Assembly: GCF_011386835.1 (NCBI RefSeq) | Contig: NC_088795.1 | Location: 135,718,001-135,782,000, forward strand | DNA: 64,000 nucleotides | Reading direction: 5' to 3' | Source: Chrysemys picta bellii | Taxonomy: Eukaryota | Shown here: piece by piece, positions 36,901 through 48,900 of the stretch | Layout: each line of letters opens with the position of its first letter | Position numbering within the stretch: the stretch's first letter is position 1 | Notes under the pieces: generated by a model | Told to the model about the DNA's origin: nothing | Databases searched by the model: none | What the model saw: only the letters and a program-made list of their open reading frames with translations | Translations under genes and position numbers: made by a program

Positions 36901-39900
36901 TACTGATGTGAAAACAGTTTCAGGCTTATTTGGTCTAATCTCCACTCCTTTTGTACATCAGTAGGCAATGGTGTATCATTAAAATGTGGTGCATCAACAG
37001 AGAAAAACTTAGTTGCAACATTCACTATGGCGAGACTTTTCCTTCATGACAGGGGGAGGAGTGTTGGATACTAACAAGTGGGCGAGTTTCTCAAATCTTG
37101 CCAAACCCTTCCTGTCTCCCACCCCCACAAGCCAGTCCAGAGCAGGGGTTGTGCACCATCTGTACCTCCTTGGCACTGGTGGATTTGCAGCATTGTATGT
37201 GGTACTGACCACGCTGCTGCATGCCCAGCAGACTGTGGCCCTAAAGCCATGGGAGGACCATGCCAGTAAAGGAGGAGGCTCTGGTGGTGTAGAATGTGTA
37301 GCAGCTCCTACCCTACCCCACCACCCTTTATCCCTGCTACTGGCATAGGGGGCTTCCCTACACGCTGCTGATCACCACCCGCTGTAACAACCCCATGGGC
37401 CGGTGGCAACTGTTGTAACTTGGAGCAGTGTTACAGCTAAGTCATGTTAGAGGATGGGCCTGGCATTCAGCCAGCCCAGCAGAAGGGATGGCAATGCCCG
37501 TACTGTGTGTTGCCCAGCCATAGCCTGGGGTTTGGGTCAGGATGTTTAGGTTCAGTTCAGCAGCTTGTCTGGTGGGCGGTCAGTAATCTCTCTTCTGAGA
37601 GAGCCCTGCAAATCCGCGAATATTCTCTTTTTATAGCCGCAGATAGCTACGTCCACAGACCATTTTGGTGGATCGCAGATCAGATGCACGTATAAATTTT
37701 GTATCCGTACGGGGCTCTACTAATGAGTACCTAATTTAAGGAAGCTCTTGCCGTTAAAGCACAGGACTGGCAATCAGGACTCCCAGGTTCTGTTTCTGGC
37801 TCGGTCACAGATTCCCTGTGTGACCTTGGGCAAGTCATTTGATTGCTCCGTGCCTCAGTTTCCCCCTCACATTGATCCTAGTGTGCATTGCTACAAATGT
37901 AATTACTGGTCATAAAATGTATCCAGTCCCTTTTAATAATACAGCTATATATAGAGGAATTTGAGTGCTCTTTGCTGCCACTTAGTGGGGAAAAAGTGGA
38001 AAACCTGTTACATCGCTGCACAGTCATTAACAACTCTCTTGGGGCATAAGCTTTCGTAGGCTAGACCACTTCACTAACACGGCTACCACTCTGAAACCTA
38101 TTACCAACTCTGTATGTGCCTCTCCCTGCTGGTTCTTACTAGGAGAAAATCTGGCACTGGCTGGATGATGCGCCCTTCCAGTGCATAATACCTCTGTTTG
38201 GTCTTTGTCTTTTTAGGACCAAAAGAAGAAACAGTAAATGATTTCTGGAGAATGATTTGGGAGCAGAACACAGCGACAATCGTCATGGTGACTAATCTGA
38301 AAGAGAGAAAAGAGGTGAATGTCAGGGAATACTACCCACATGGACATGTTTAACCTGCTGTGATGGTGAATGGAGGCATGGGGAATTCCTGGGCTTGCCA
38401 CACGCTGGACAAGCACATGAAAACTGGGCAGCTAGGCAAGCGGTTACTTCAATTGTATGTGCCCATGGGAACAAAGCCCCTAGAGGGGCTGTCTGTGAGA
38501 TGGAACATGGGACTTCTGGATCTAAAAGCATAAGCTTCTACTGCTTGCATTAAAAGACCCCATCCATTAGCCTGCAGACAGTAGTAAACTTGTACACTTT
38601 TATATGTGACCCAGCCACTAGAGAGGGACAAGGAGCTGCAAGTTAGCTTGCGTTATCCATGTGTTGCGGTCTGCAGATATAATTGATACATGAGCTTCTG
38701 CACATTTCCCCATAGCTCCTCTGCCCTTAACAGATGTGACAAACATGCACTCCACACACAAGGAAGCAAACAGTCAGGGCCTGCACTGCTCCCATTGAAG
38801 CTATTGGCCAAACTCCCCTTGTTTTCAACAGGAACAGGATAGGGGACCAGATCTTCAGCTGGTGTAAAACAGCATAACTCCATTGACTTCAGTAGAGTCG
38901 ATTTACAGCAGCTAAGGATCTGATCCAGTGTCTTTATTTTTGTTACAATTCAGCTGTAAACTCATAGGGCCCAGTTCCCCACTGCGTTACTGCAGTGTCA
39001 CTGCTGGGCTCCCTGGGGAATTGGTCTAATCCAAGATGGCAATTCCCAGGTACTTTTACCAGGCTCATCCTTGGGTCTCTAGACACTGGGCTTTCATAGA
39101 TTCCAAGACCAGAAGGGACCACTATTATCCTCTAGTCTGACCTCTTGCGTAACCCAGGCCAGAGAACTTCCCGAAATAATTCCTTGCCTTGCTTTTGTAT
39201 CATTTCTCTCCAGTGCAAATGTGCTCAATACTGGCCAGATCAGGGCTGCTGGACTTATGGAAACATCCGGGTGTCTGTGGAGGATGTGACTGTCTTGGTT
39301 GACTACACAGTGCGAAAGTTCTGCATTCAACAGGTACCATGGTTCACTTACTCCCCTTCGCTTCCTTACTACCATCACCGCTTTCCGTCACAGAAAGCAG
39401 GAGAGAATTAAGGTGCTTCTGCCTGTAGCGAGGATTGTCTGACTCACTACAAAGCCCCAAACTTTCACAATGCCCCCTTGGGGCGCAGGTTGGGATGGTT
39501 TGTGTGCCTCTTTGAAGGACGCAGTCATGGTAAAAATTATATACTTTAAAAAAATAGTTCTTCCTGTGTGGTTAATTGCGCCCTGAGTTTTGAGAGTGAA
39601 ATAACTAGAGTCCTCACTCGGTTTTCACCATAGCTTTTTGCATTTAATTCAGCTTAGTTAGTTAAGGCCACATCCTCAGCTGGTGTAAATCTGCATCGCT
39701 CTGTTGGAGCCATTGGAGATGCCCTGATTTGCACCAGCTGAGGATCTGAGGATGGGCCAGTGTTGCTTTAATAGTTAGCATACACAGTTTTACATGTGTA
39801 TTTGCATGTGCAGTTACCACAGTTGCATGTGGAAGTAGGGCAGGTGCAGACCCGGATGGGCCAGTAAGGGCCTAAATTCCCCCTTGTGCATGCAGTTTCC

Positions 39901-42900
39901 CAGTGTACACACACTGCTACAGTCGTGCATTTGCTTGTGTATTTTTGCACTTGGGCCCTCACTCTCTGTTACGAAGCATGTGGCCGCGTGCACTTAGCAA
40001 AATGTTAGACATCTCAAGCGGAGCGGAGATGGAATCCAAAGCTGCAGTTATTTCCCCCCCCCCATTTCTATGGTCTCACTTGCCATAGAATCTGAGCACC
40101 TCATGATCACTAATGGAGTTTATGCTCACAATCCCCTAGTGGGGCAGGGCAGTGCTATTATGGGGAACTGAGGCAACTTGTCCAGTGTCACACAAGCAGT
40201 CTGTGGCAGAGCTGGGAATTGATCTTGGATCTCCTGAGTCCCAGTCCCGTGCATTGACCATTGGCTCATCCTTTCTGTGCTTGGCGCCTCTCTCCCCTTT
40301 ATACAGTTAGGACAGAGGTTAACAGGAGAGCTGTGTGAAACGTTTACAGTGGATTGGAACAGTGAAAACGTGCCCTATTATGAATCCAAGTCTTGCTAAG
40401 TGAGCCACTCCTGAGAATGCTGGGTCACTCTGTGCCCTCGGGTGCTGTAGGAGTGAAACGCAGCAGCTTTGACCTGGTTTGATTCAGCTGGAAATGCAAA
40501 GTGAAATTCCTGGGGTGGTAGCCAAGCAGCCAGCAGGATTCCTGACCAGCCCAGACGTCGGCTTCTGGGTTTGGAGTCTCCCTTGGCACTACCTTATTGA
40601 GAATGCACTACGGGACAATTGCAGGCTCCAAAAAGCCTTAGAGGAATTGTGTGGGGCCCATCTAGTTTTTGCCCCCTCCCTCAGTAAACACCAGGAGGCA
40701 CAGAAGAGATTGGCCTACCTCCATTGACTTCAGTGCCGCTGAGACTCTGGTCCTAGGACTTAAGAAACACTGAGGTATAAGCTAAGCAGTTCCTTGAGAT
40801 TCCATAGTCTTGGAGTTTGGGGCACTAGTAGGATGCAATACCTGATTTTCAGCCATCAGGCTTTTGGAACCAACCCTGAATCCCCAAACCGGCTTCAACC
40901 CCCCCGAACTTTAGGGCTGCTTGAACCCCGGACTGGAAGCCCCTCTCTGCTCTGTTTCTGGGGGAAGGTAATGAAGCTGAGTGTGTGACAGTAACCAAGG
41001 CATGTGATCTCCCCACAGGTAGGTGATGTCACAAACAAAAAGCCTCAGCGCCTGGTGACCCAGTTCCACTTCACTAGCTGGCCTGACTTTGGGGTCCCCT
41101 TCACCCCTATTGGGATGCTGAAGTTCCTGAAGAAGGTGAAGACGTGTAACCCCCAGTATGCAGGAGCGATTGTCGTTCACTGCAGGTGAGTCCAGGGCCA
41201 TGTCTCCCAAAGAGCCCTCCCTCCTCCTCCTCCGTGTATCTCTGCCTGACTGCTCTTGGGGGATACCCGGAGAAACCTGTTCTATCTCCCGCGGAAGGTT
41301 GGCAGGGGCAGGCAGAGGGGGTCCTGGCTACCCGACGCTGGATTCGCAAGCAACAGACGTAGACACACATAAATCACATGCACGGGAGCTGGGACTAGAG
41401 CCCTGCCCTTTCACCTCCAAAAGCACAGGCCTCACATGAGTCATGGTGACCAAAGAAGATTGCCTGTGACTAGCAGGAGTAGTAGTAACCGCTCACTTGG
41501 CTGCTCTGTGGACCCAGCCACCAGGGGGTAATATCACAGCAGGCTAGAACATTTCAGCATCCTGCATTTGAGATTTGGGCTTTAACCCTTACTGGAGTGG
41601 ATCCCAGACACAGCAATGAGCTCCAGGCTCTCTCTCTACCTGGAATACCCCAGGCAAGCTCTGCAGCTTCTTTGTTAATAGCCACCATATTTGCATGCCC
41701 CACCCCTGGTTCTAGAGCACTGCCAGAGAGGGTGGGAGCCAGCCAGGCATCTTGACTTGCTCAGGGTCATGGTGGCAAGTGAATGGCAGAACCAGCAGTT
41801 GGACCCAGCTCTCCTGACTCCCATTCCCCTGCTCTGGCCATGAGAAAATGCTGCCTGTAATGCCGTTCACTTCTGTAGCCCCTTTCATCCTTCACAAACT
41901 AGAAGGACCCAGCAGAACTGATATGCAGCCACCTCTAGAGAGGAGCGTGGCAGCCAGCGTAACAGGGTGAGCTAGAGAAGATTTGATTGAGGATGTTGGG
42001 CAAATCCCTCTTGCATGCCAAAATCACACACTCTCACTCACACACTCACTGTAGTGCATGGTACTCAATGTGTCTCCCTCAAGCTCCCTGACAGGTCTCA
42101 AACTTGCAACTCCAAGCAGTCTGCGTGATTCGAGCTAGTGCGAGAATCCACCCTGAGCCTCTCCAGCCCTACAAACACTTCCATGAAACGTTCCCACAAG
42201 CCTGACCTTCGCTTGGGCTCCTCTCCCCCTTGATACATTGAGAGCTGAGCACTGAGAACAGGAACCCAAAGCATGGCCAGAGCCCGAGAGAGGAGCGACG
42301 GAGCTGGGCTCTGGCCTGTCCGAGTGACGGCTGCCATGGGCCCACACCTGGAGGGGAGAGGGCAGGCTGGAAGGAAGCTGGGGGCAGAGGACAGCCAGGC
42401 AACAGCCACAGGCAGCGCTTCAAGACACTACCAGTCTGAATTGACTCCGGGGTTCACTGTGGCCTGCTCTGTGCTCTCGTGCATGAGTCCCAGGGGGTGG
42501 GATTGTTGGAGTCTAGAAATGTCTGTCGCCTTTGGACCCAAGAATAGCCTCTGCTGTAGTTGGGTATGAGTTCGAGCTCCCTTCTTCTTTCTTGTCTGGA
42601 ATGGGTTGAGCTGCCTGCTGTCTAGGGTGAGTTGTTGTAGCCTCTTGGCTCTTTCTGGTGCTTTGCGCAGCAGTTAACCTCCCTGAGCAGGTGTGGGGCA
42701 GTGGAAGGGGCCACACTCCAATGGCAGCTGCACTGACTGCGTGTTCCTCTGGTGTTCCAGCGCCGGAGTAGGACGCACAGGCACTTTTATCGTCATTGAT
42801 GCCATGCTGGACATGATGCATGCAGAGAGGAAGGTGGACGTGTACGGTTTCGTGAGCCGGATCCGGGCTCAGCGCTGCCAGATGGTACAGACAGATGTAA

Positions 42901-45900
42901 GTCCACTCCAAGGGGCTGGAGAGGCGCTCTGTGACACTGGGCACTTACATAGCACTTCCCACGCTCGGAACACTGCAGACAGACGCTAATCAGTTGCAGC
43001 ACCCCTGTGAGGTGTGTCAGTCTCACCTCCATTTCACAGAAGGGGCACTGAGGCACAGACAGGTGAGGTGATTTGTCCAAGGGGACACAGCAAGTACGTG
43101 GCAAAGGCAAACCTACTGACTCCCAGAACCTCCATTCATTCCTCCACACCATGGCACTATCCAGCTTCCACCCATTACTGGAGCATGGCTGATAACACTT
43201 TGCCCTCTGTAGCAGTGGTGCACAGACTCTTCCAGTCGTGCCCCCTTTACCAGTAATGGAATCTCCTTGTGTCCCCCCCTTCCCGCATTACTACACAGCC
43301 AAGGCTTCCTCCAGAGCAGGCTCCTTCTTCCTTGCAGCCAGGCTGCACTGCTAGGGCAGGGCCAATACCTGCCCCTCCCCCATCGAGTGTTCAGGGTGGG
43401 GGAAGGCACGTCTCTGGGGGTGGAGCCAGTGCTGGGGGTGGAGGCTGCTGGGAGTGGAACTAGGTGCCGCACACTGACCCACAGGCTGGGTGGCCTGCTG
43501 AGGTGAGTCGGGTGGAGGTGGTTTTCCCTCCGTGCCCCTTGTGGGGGCTGGCATGAGCCACCTGACATCGCTGCTTGGCCTCCCGAACATCCCTCTGTGC
43601 CCTGCTAGGGGGCACGCCCCACAGTTTCAACACCGCTGTTACATATCACCTTTCATGCAAGGATCCCCAAACCCTTTGCAAACCTTAACTAAGCCTGTGT
43701 TGCAGGCAGGTATCACCATCCCCGTTTTACAGACAGTGACACAGAGGCACAGTGAGGGCAAGGCCAATATTCTAACAAGTAGCCTCTGATTCAGGATGCA
43801 TCCGTGTTCCAGAGTCCAGCCCTGGACATTCAGTAGCAGCAGCCATGCTCAGCCATTTAAACAGCGCATGTGGCCTTCCCCATTCTCCATGGACAGGGGA
43901 AGTCCTGTTGCTCCAGCTGAACCTGCGTGTGAACACCAGAGCTCCCCAGGCAGCCAGGAGCTTCCTCGCTGAGCCACTCTGCATTGTTCCATGCATACCA
44001 GGTCTGCCCTTGTTCCCCCACCCTGTTTCCTTCAGCCTTGAGCATCTCCTGATCTGCCAGCCCATGGCCCCACTCTGTAGCTGCTCACGGAGAACATGTT
44101 ATAAGAGTTTGATCCTCTCCCAGATGGGGGGAAAGTTCCCATTGACTTTAATATGTGGTTGTGCTGATGTTGGTGCCTGGACTTTGGGTTCCATCCTTTC
44201 CACACACGCTCTCCTAGAGTGCGCTCAGTCTAAAGACAGAGAGCTGAATGGGTTCAGAGCATGGTACGGAAGCTGCCATCTCTCCCTGTAACCTCTCTCT
44301 TCCCTTTCAGATGCAATATGTTTTTATATACCAAGCACTTCTGGAGCACTATCTGTATGGAGACACAGAGCTAGAAGTGACCTCGCTAGAGACCCACGTC
44401 CAGAAAATCTACAACAAAGTGCCCGGGACCAGCAGCAACGGGCTAGAGGAGGAGTTCAAGGTGGGTTTGCCAAAACCATGCTGGCTCAGTGCCCTTGTAA
44501 AGAGAGACCAGGACCAGGTGTTTCATGAAAGTTGCATCCAATCCCATCCTGAGCCAGCAGGTTCTCCAGGGAGAGTGACAGCCAGACTCGACAAAATGCT
44601 AGGCAGTGCCTGCAGAGGGAACAGCCCTCCACTGGCACGAAGAGGCTGGATGATCTGTTTGTTCCTTAAATATCTAATAGAAGGGGGCCCTTAGTTCCCC
44701 CAGCAGGAACATTTCACTGGAGTGTGTTTGTTGTAACCAGTGCAGTTTCTCTGTAAGTGACACCTGGAAGCCAGCTGGTTTGAGGGTTTGGAGGAGACCT
44801 GTAGGGGAATGCTAGCTCAAAGATTAGGGAAAGCAGCTGTCAGCTGAGAAGCGTGGCCTGGGACTCCTGACACGAGGGAGTCCTTCAAAGCCAAAGCACA
44901 CCTGAGCTCCTAGTGCCCCCTGTCTTCCCACTGCTGGTTCCCAGCTCAACAGCCAGGACTTAACAGGAGGAGGCAGGGCTGGGGACTGGGTACAGTAGAG
45001 TGGATTCTCTGTCTAGCCACTTTTATGGCCCCCATTGCTGTAGTGTCAATGTCTGTGTCTTGCAGAGATCAGCACTAGGGAACTGTTACTATCCCTGTCT
45101 GACAGATGGGCCTCTGGGGCACACACAGATGAAGTGACTGGCCCAAGGCCACATTGGGAAACTTTGGCAGAGCCAGGAATTGAGCCAGGTCTCCTGACCA
45201 TCCTTATGAGAGTACAGAGGGGGATCGTAGCTCTGACAGCTCCATTGCAGAATACAGTGTGCACAGCTGCATACGATGAGACACAGGCCGTGGCATCATG
45301 CAGAGACCCGCCTCAAGGCTCATTATTTAAAGGAGGGGAGGGATGGCCTAGAGTAACAATGGTGAAAGCGTGAGCTCTCTCTGCTGGTGCAGATCCCAGT
45401 GGCTGGGAACTGCTGGCTTGAGGCAGGTCACTCAGACTTGGCAGATGGCTTGGATTGGCACAGGGCCTGGGCAGGCGTGCAGGCTTGGGGCGATTGGCTT
45501 GGACTGGTGTGGGGCGTTTTGACTGTTATGGTCTTGGCTTCTTTTGGTCATTTGAAAATTGTAGGTTGATTTTATTGTCCCCCATGCAGAAACTAACTTC
45601 AATCAAAATCCAGAATGACAAGATGAGAACAGGCAACTTGCCGGCAAACATGAAGAAAAATAGGGTGCTTCAAATAATTCCATGTGAGTTTTTCTTCCTT
45701 CCTGCCCAGGGCAAAGACACACTCAGGGGACAAATGAATAAATATAGAGGGTGAGTCATTTGGGAGGCAAGAGGCATCAGCAACTGCGGAGAAGGTGGCT
45801 CTCGCACCAACAGTAGTTAGTGAAGGGGATGGGGAGGAACCACTGTGAGTGGAGGGAGCAGAGTGGTCAGCATAAGATGGAAGGCTTTGAAAACAAATGA

Positions 45901-48900
45901 GGTAAATTTGAAGTGGATCCTGAAATGAATGGGGAGCCAGTGGAGGCATCTGAGCATTGAGACTGTAGCTGGGCTTACCCAGTCTGGCTTTGAGCCCTGC
46001 CCTTGCCTCAGTTTCCCCTTCTTCTCCAGTTTAGACAGGTGTTTTCTCAATAATTCTCCCCTTTTGGGAGTCTGATTTATTAAAAAAGTTGAAAACTTCC
46101 CCCAGTCTTCCTAGCTGGCTCATACCCTTGGTGGAGGGCTCTTAGACATGTCCCTGCCAAGGCTTTCCTCTAGCAGGCTGGCTCCCCACTCTCCAGCCCC
46201 CTGACCCCTTGCCTGGAAGCTAAGGGGCCTGTGACTCTGTACAGAGCAGCTCTTCTTCTCCTTTGAGTCTCTCTTCAAACTCTCCCTCACTGAGTTCATG
46301 CTGCCTTTTACATCTTCTAGTATAACTGGTTCTGAGTCATATGCTTTGATCACGTGACCTCTGTATTCATTCCCTCCACCTGGGGAGATGGGCAAAGCCT
46401 GGCTGTTGGGGCCACCTTACTCTGTGGCAGGCCATGTGCTCACGCTTCTTGGTGTTTGTGAGAAGCTGGGCATCAGCATGCAGACTAGAAGAGATGACTC
46501 ATTGCACAGTAAACAAAGTAGCCTGCCCAGGAGATCATTGAATCATAGAAGATTAGGGTTGGAAGAGACCTCAGGAGGTCATCTAGTCCAATCCCCTGCT
46601 CAAAGCAGGACCAACACCCACTAAATCATCCCAGCCAGGGCTTTGTCAAGCCTGACCTTCAAAACTCCTAAGGAAGGAGATTTCACCACCTCCCTAGGTA
46701 ACCCATTCCAGTGCTTCACCACCCTCCTAGTGAAATAGTTTTCCAAATATCCAACCTAGACTTCCCCAACTGCAACTTGAGACCATTGCTCCTTGTTCTG
46801 TCATCTACCACCACTGAGAACAGCCGAGCTCCATCCTCTTTGTAACCCCCCTTCAGGTAGTTGAAGGCTGCTATCAAATCCCCCATCACTCTTCTCTTCT
46901 GCAGAATAAATAAGCCCAGTTCCCTCAGGTGCCCGGGACCAGCAGCAACGGCCTCTCTTCATAAGTCGTGTGCCCCAGCCCCCTAATCATTTTTGTTGCC
47001 TTCTGCTGGACTCTCCAATTTGTCCACATCCTTTCTGTAGTGGGGGGGCCCAAAACTGGATGCAATACTCCAGATGTGGCCTCACCAATGCCGAATAGAG
47101 GGGAACAATCACTTCCCTCGATTTCCTGGTAATGCTTCTACTAATGAAGCCAATATGCCGTTAGCCGCCTTGGCAACAAGGGCACACTGCTGACTCATAC
47201 CCAGCTTCTCATCCACTGTAATCCCCAGGTCCCTTTCTGCAGAACTACCGCTTAGCCAGTCAATCCCCAGCCTGTAGCAATGCATGGGCTTCTTCTGTCC
47301 TAAGTGCAGAACTCTGCACTTGTCCTTCTTAGAAATCTGATGAGGTTCTTTGGCCCAATCCTCCAATTTGTCTAGGTCACTCTGGACCCTATCCCTACCC
47401 TCCAGCATATCTACCTCTCCCCCCAGCTTAGTGTCATCTGTGAACTTGCTGAGGGTGCAATCCATCCCATCATCCAGATCATTAATGAAGATGTTGAATA
47501 AAACCGGCCCCAAGACCAACCCCTGGAGCACTCCGCTTGATACCGGCTGCCAACTAGAGATCGAGCCGTTGATCACTACCCGTTGAGCCCAATGATCTAG
47601 CCAGCTTTCTATTTACCTTCTAGTCCATTCATCCAGTCCATACTACTTTAACTTGCTAGCAAGAATACTGTGAGAGACTGTATCAAAAGCTTTGCTAAAG
47701 TCAAGGTATATCACATCCACCGCTTTCCCCCATATCTGTAGAGCCAGTTATCTCATCGTAGAAGGCAATCAGGTTGGTCAGGCATGACTTGCCCTTGGTG
47801 AATCCATGTTGACAGTTCCTGATCGCCTTCCTCTCCTCCAAGTGCTTCAGAATGGATTCTTTGAGGACCTGCTCCATGATTTTGCCAGGGATTGAGATGA
47901 GGCTGACCGGTCTGTAGTTCCCCGGGGTCTCCTTCCCTTTTTTAAAGATGGGCACTATTTGCCTTTTTCCAATCGTCGAGGACCTCACCCGATCATCACG
48001 AGTTTTCAAACATAATGGCCAATGGCTCTTCAATCACATCAGCCAACTCCCTCAGCACCCTCGGATGCATTGCATCCGGCCCCATGGACTTGTGCATGTC
48101 CATCTTTTCTAAATAGTCCTTAACCTGTTCTTTCACCACTGAGGGCTGCTCACATCCTCCCTATACTGTGCTGCCACGTGCAGCAGTCTGGGAGCTGACC
48201 TTGTCTGTGAAGACCGAGGCAAAAAAAAGCATTGAATACTTCAGCTTTTCCACATCAACTGTCACTAGGTTGCCTCCCCCATTCAGTAAGGGTCCCACAC
48301 TTTCCCTGACCACCTTCTTGTTAACATACCTGTAGAAACCCTTCTTGTTACCCTTCACATCTCTTATTAGCTGCAACTCCAATTGTGCTTTGGCCTTCCT
48401 GATTATACCCCTGCATGCTTGAGCAATATTTTTTACTCCTCCCTAGTCATCTCTCCAAGTTTCCACTTCTTGTAAGCTTTCTTTTTGTGTTTAAGCTCAC
48501 CGAAGATTTCACTGTTAAGCCAAGCTGGTTGTCTGCCATATTTGCTATTCTTTCTGCACATCAGGATGGTTTGTTCCTGCACCCTCAATAAGGCTTCTTT
48601 AAAATAAAGACAGCTTTCCCGGACTCCTTTCCCCCCTCATATTAGCCTTCCAGGGGATCCTGCCCATCAGTTCCTTGAGGGAGTCAGTCTGCTTTTCTGA
48701 AGTCCAGGGTCTGTATTCTGCTGCTCTCCTTTCTTTTGTCAGGAGCCTGAACTCGACCATCTCGTGGTCACTGCTGCCCAGGTTGCCACCCACTTCTACT
48801 TCCCCTACCAATTCTTCCCTGTTTGTGAGCAGCAGGTCAAGAGGAGCAGAGCCCCTAGTTGGTTCCTCCAGCACTTGCACCAGGAAGTTTTCCCCAACGG

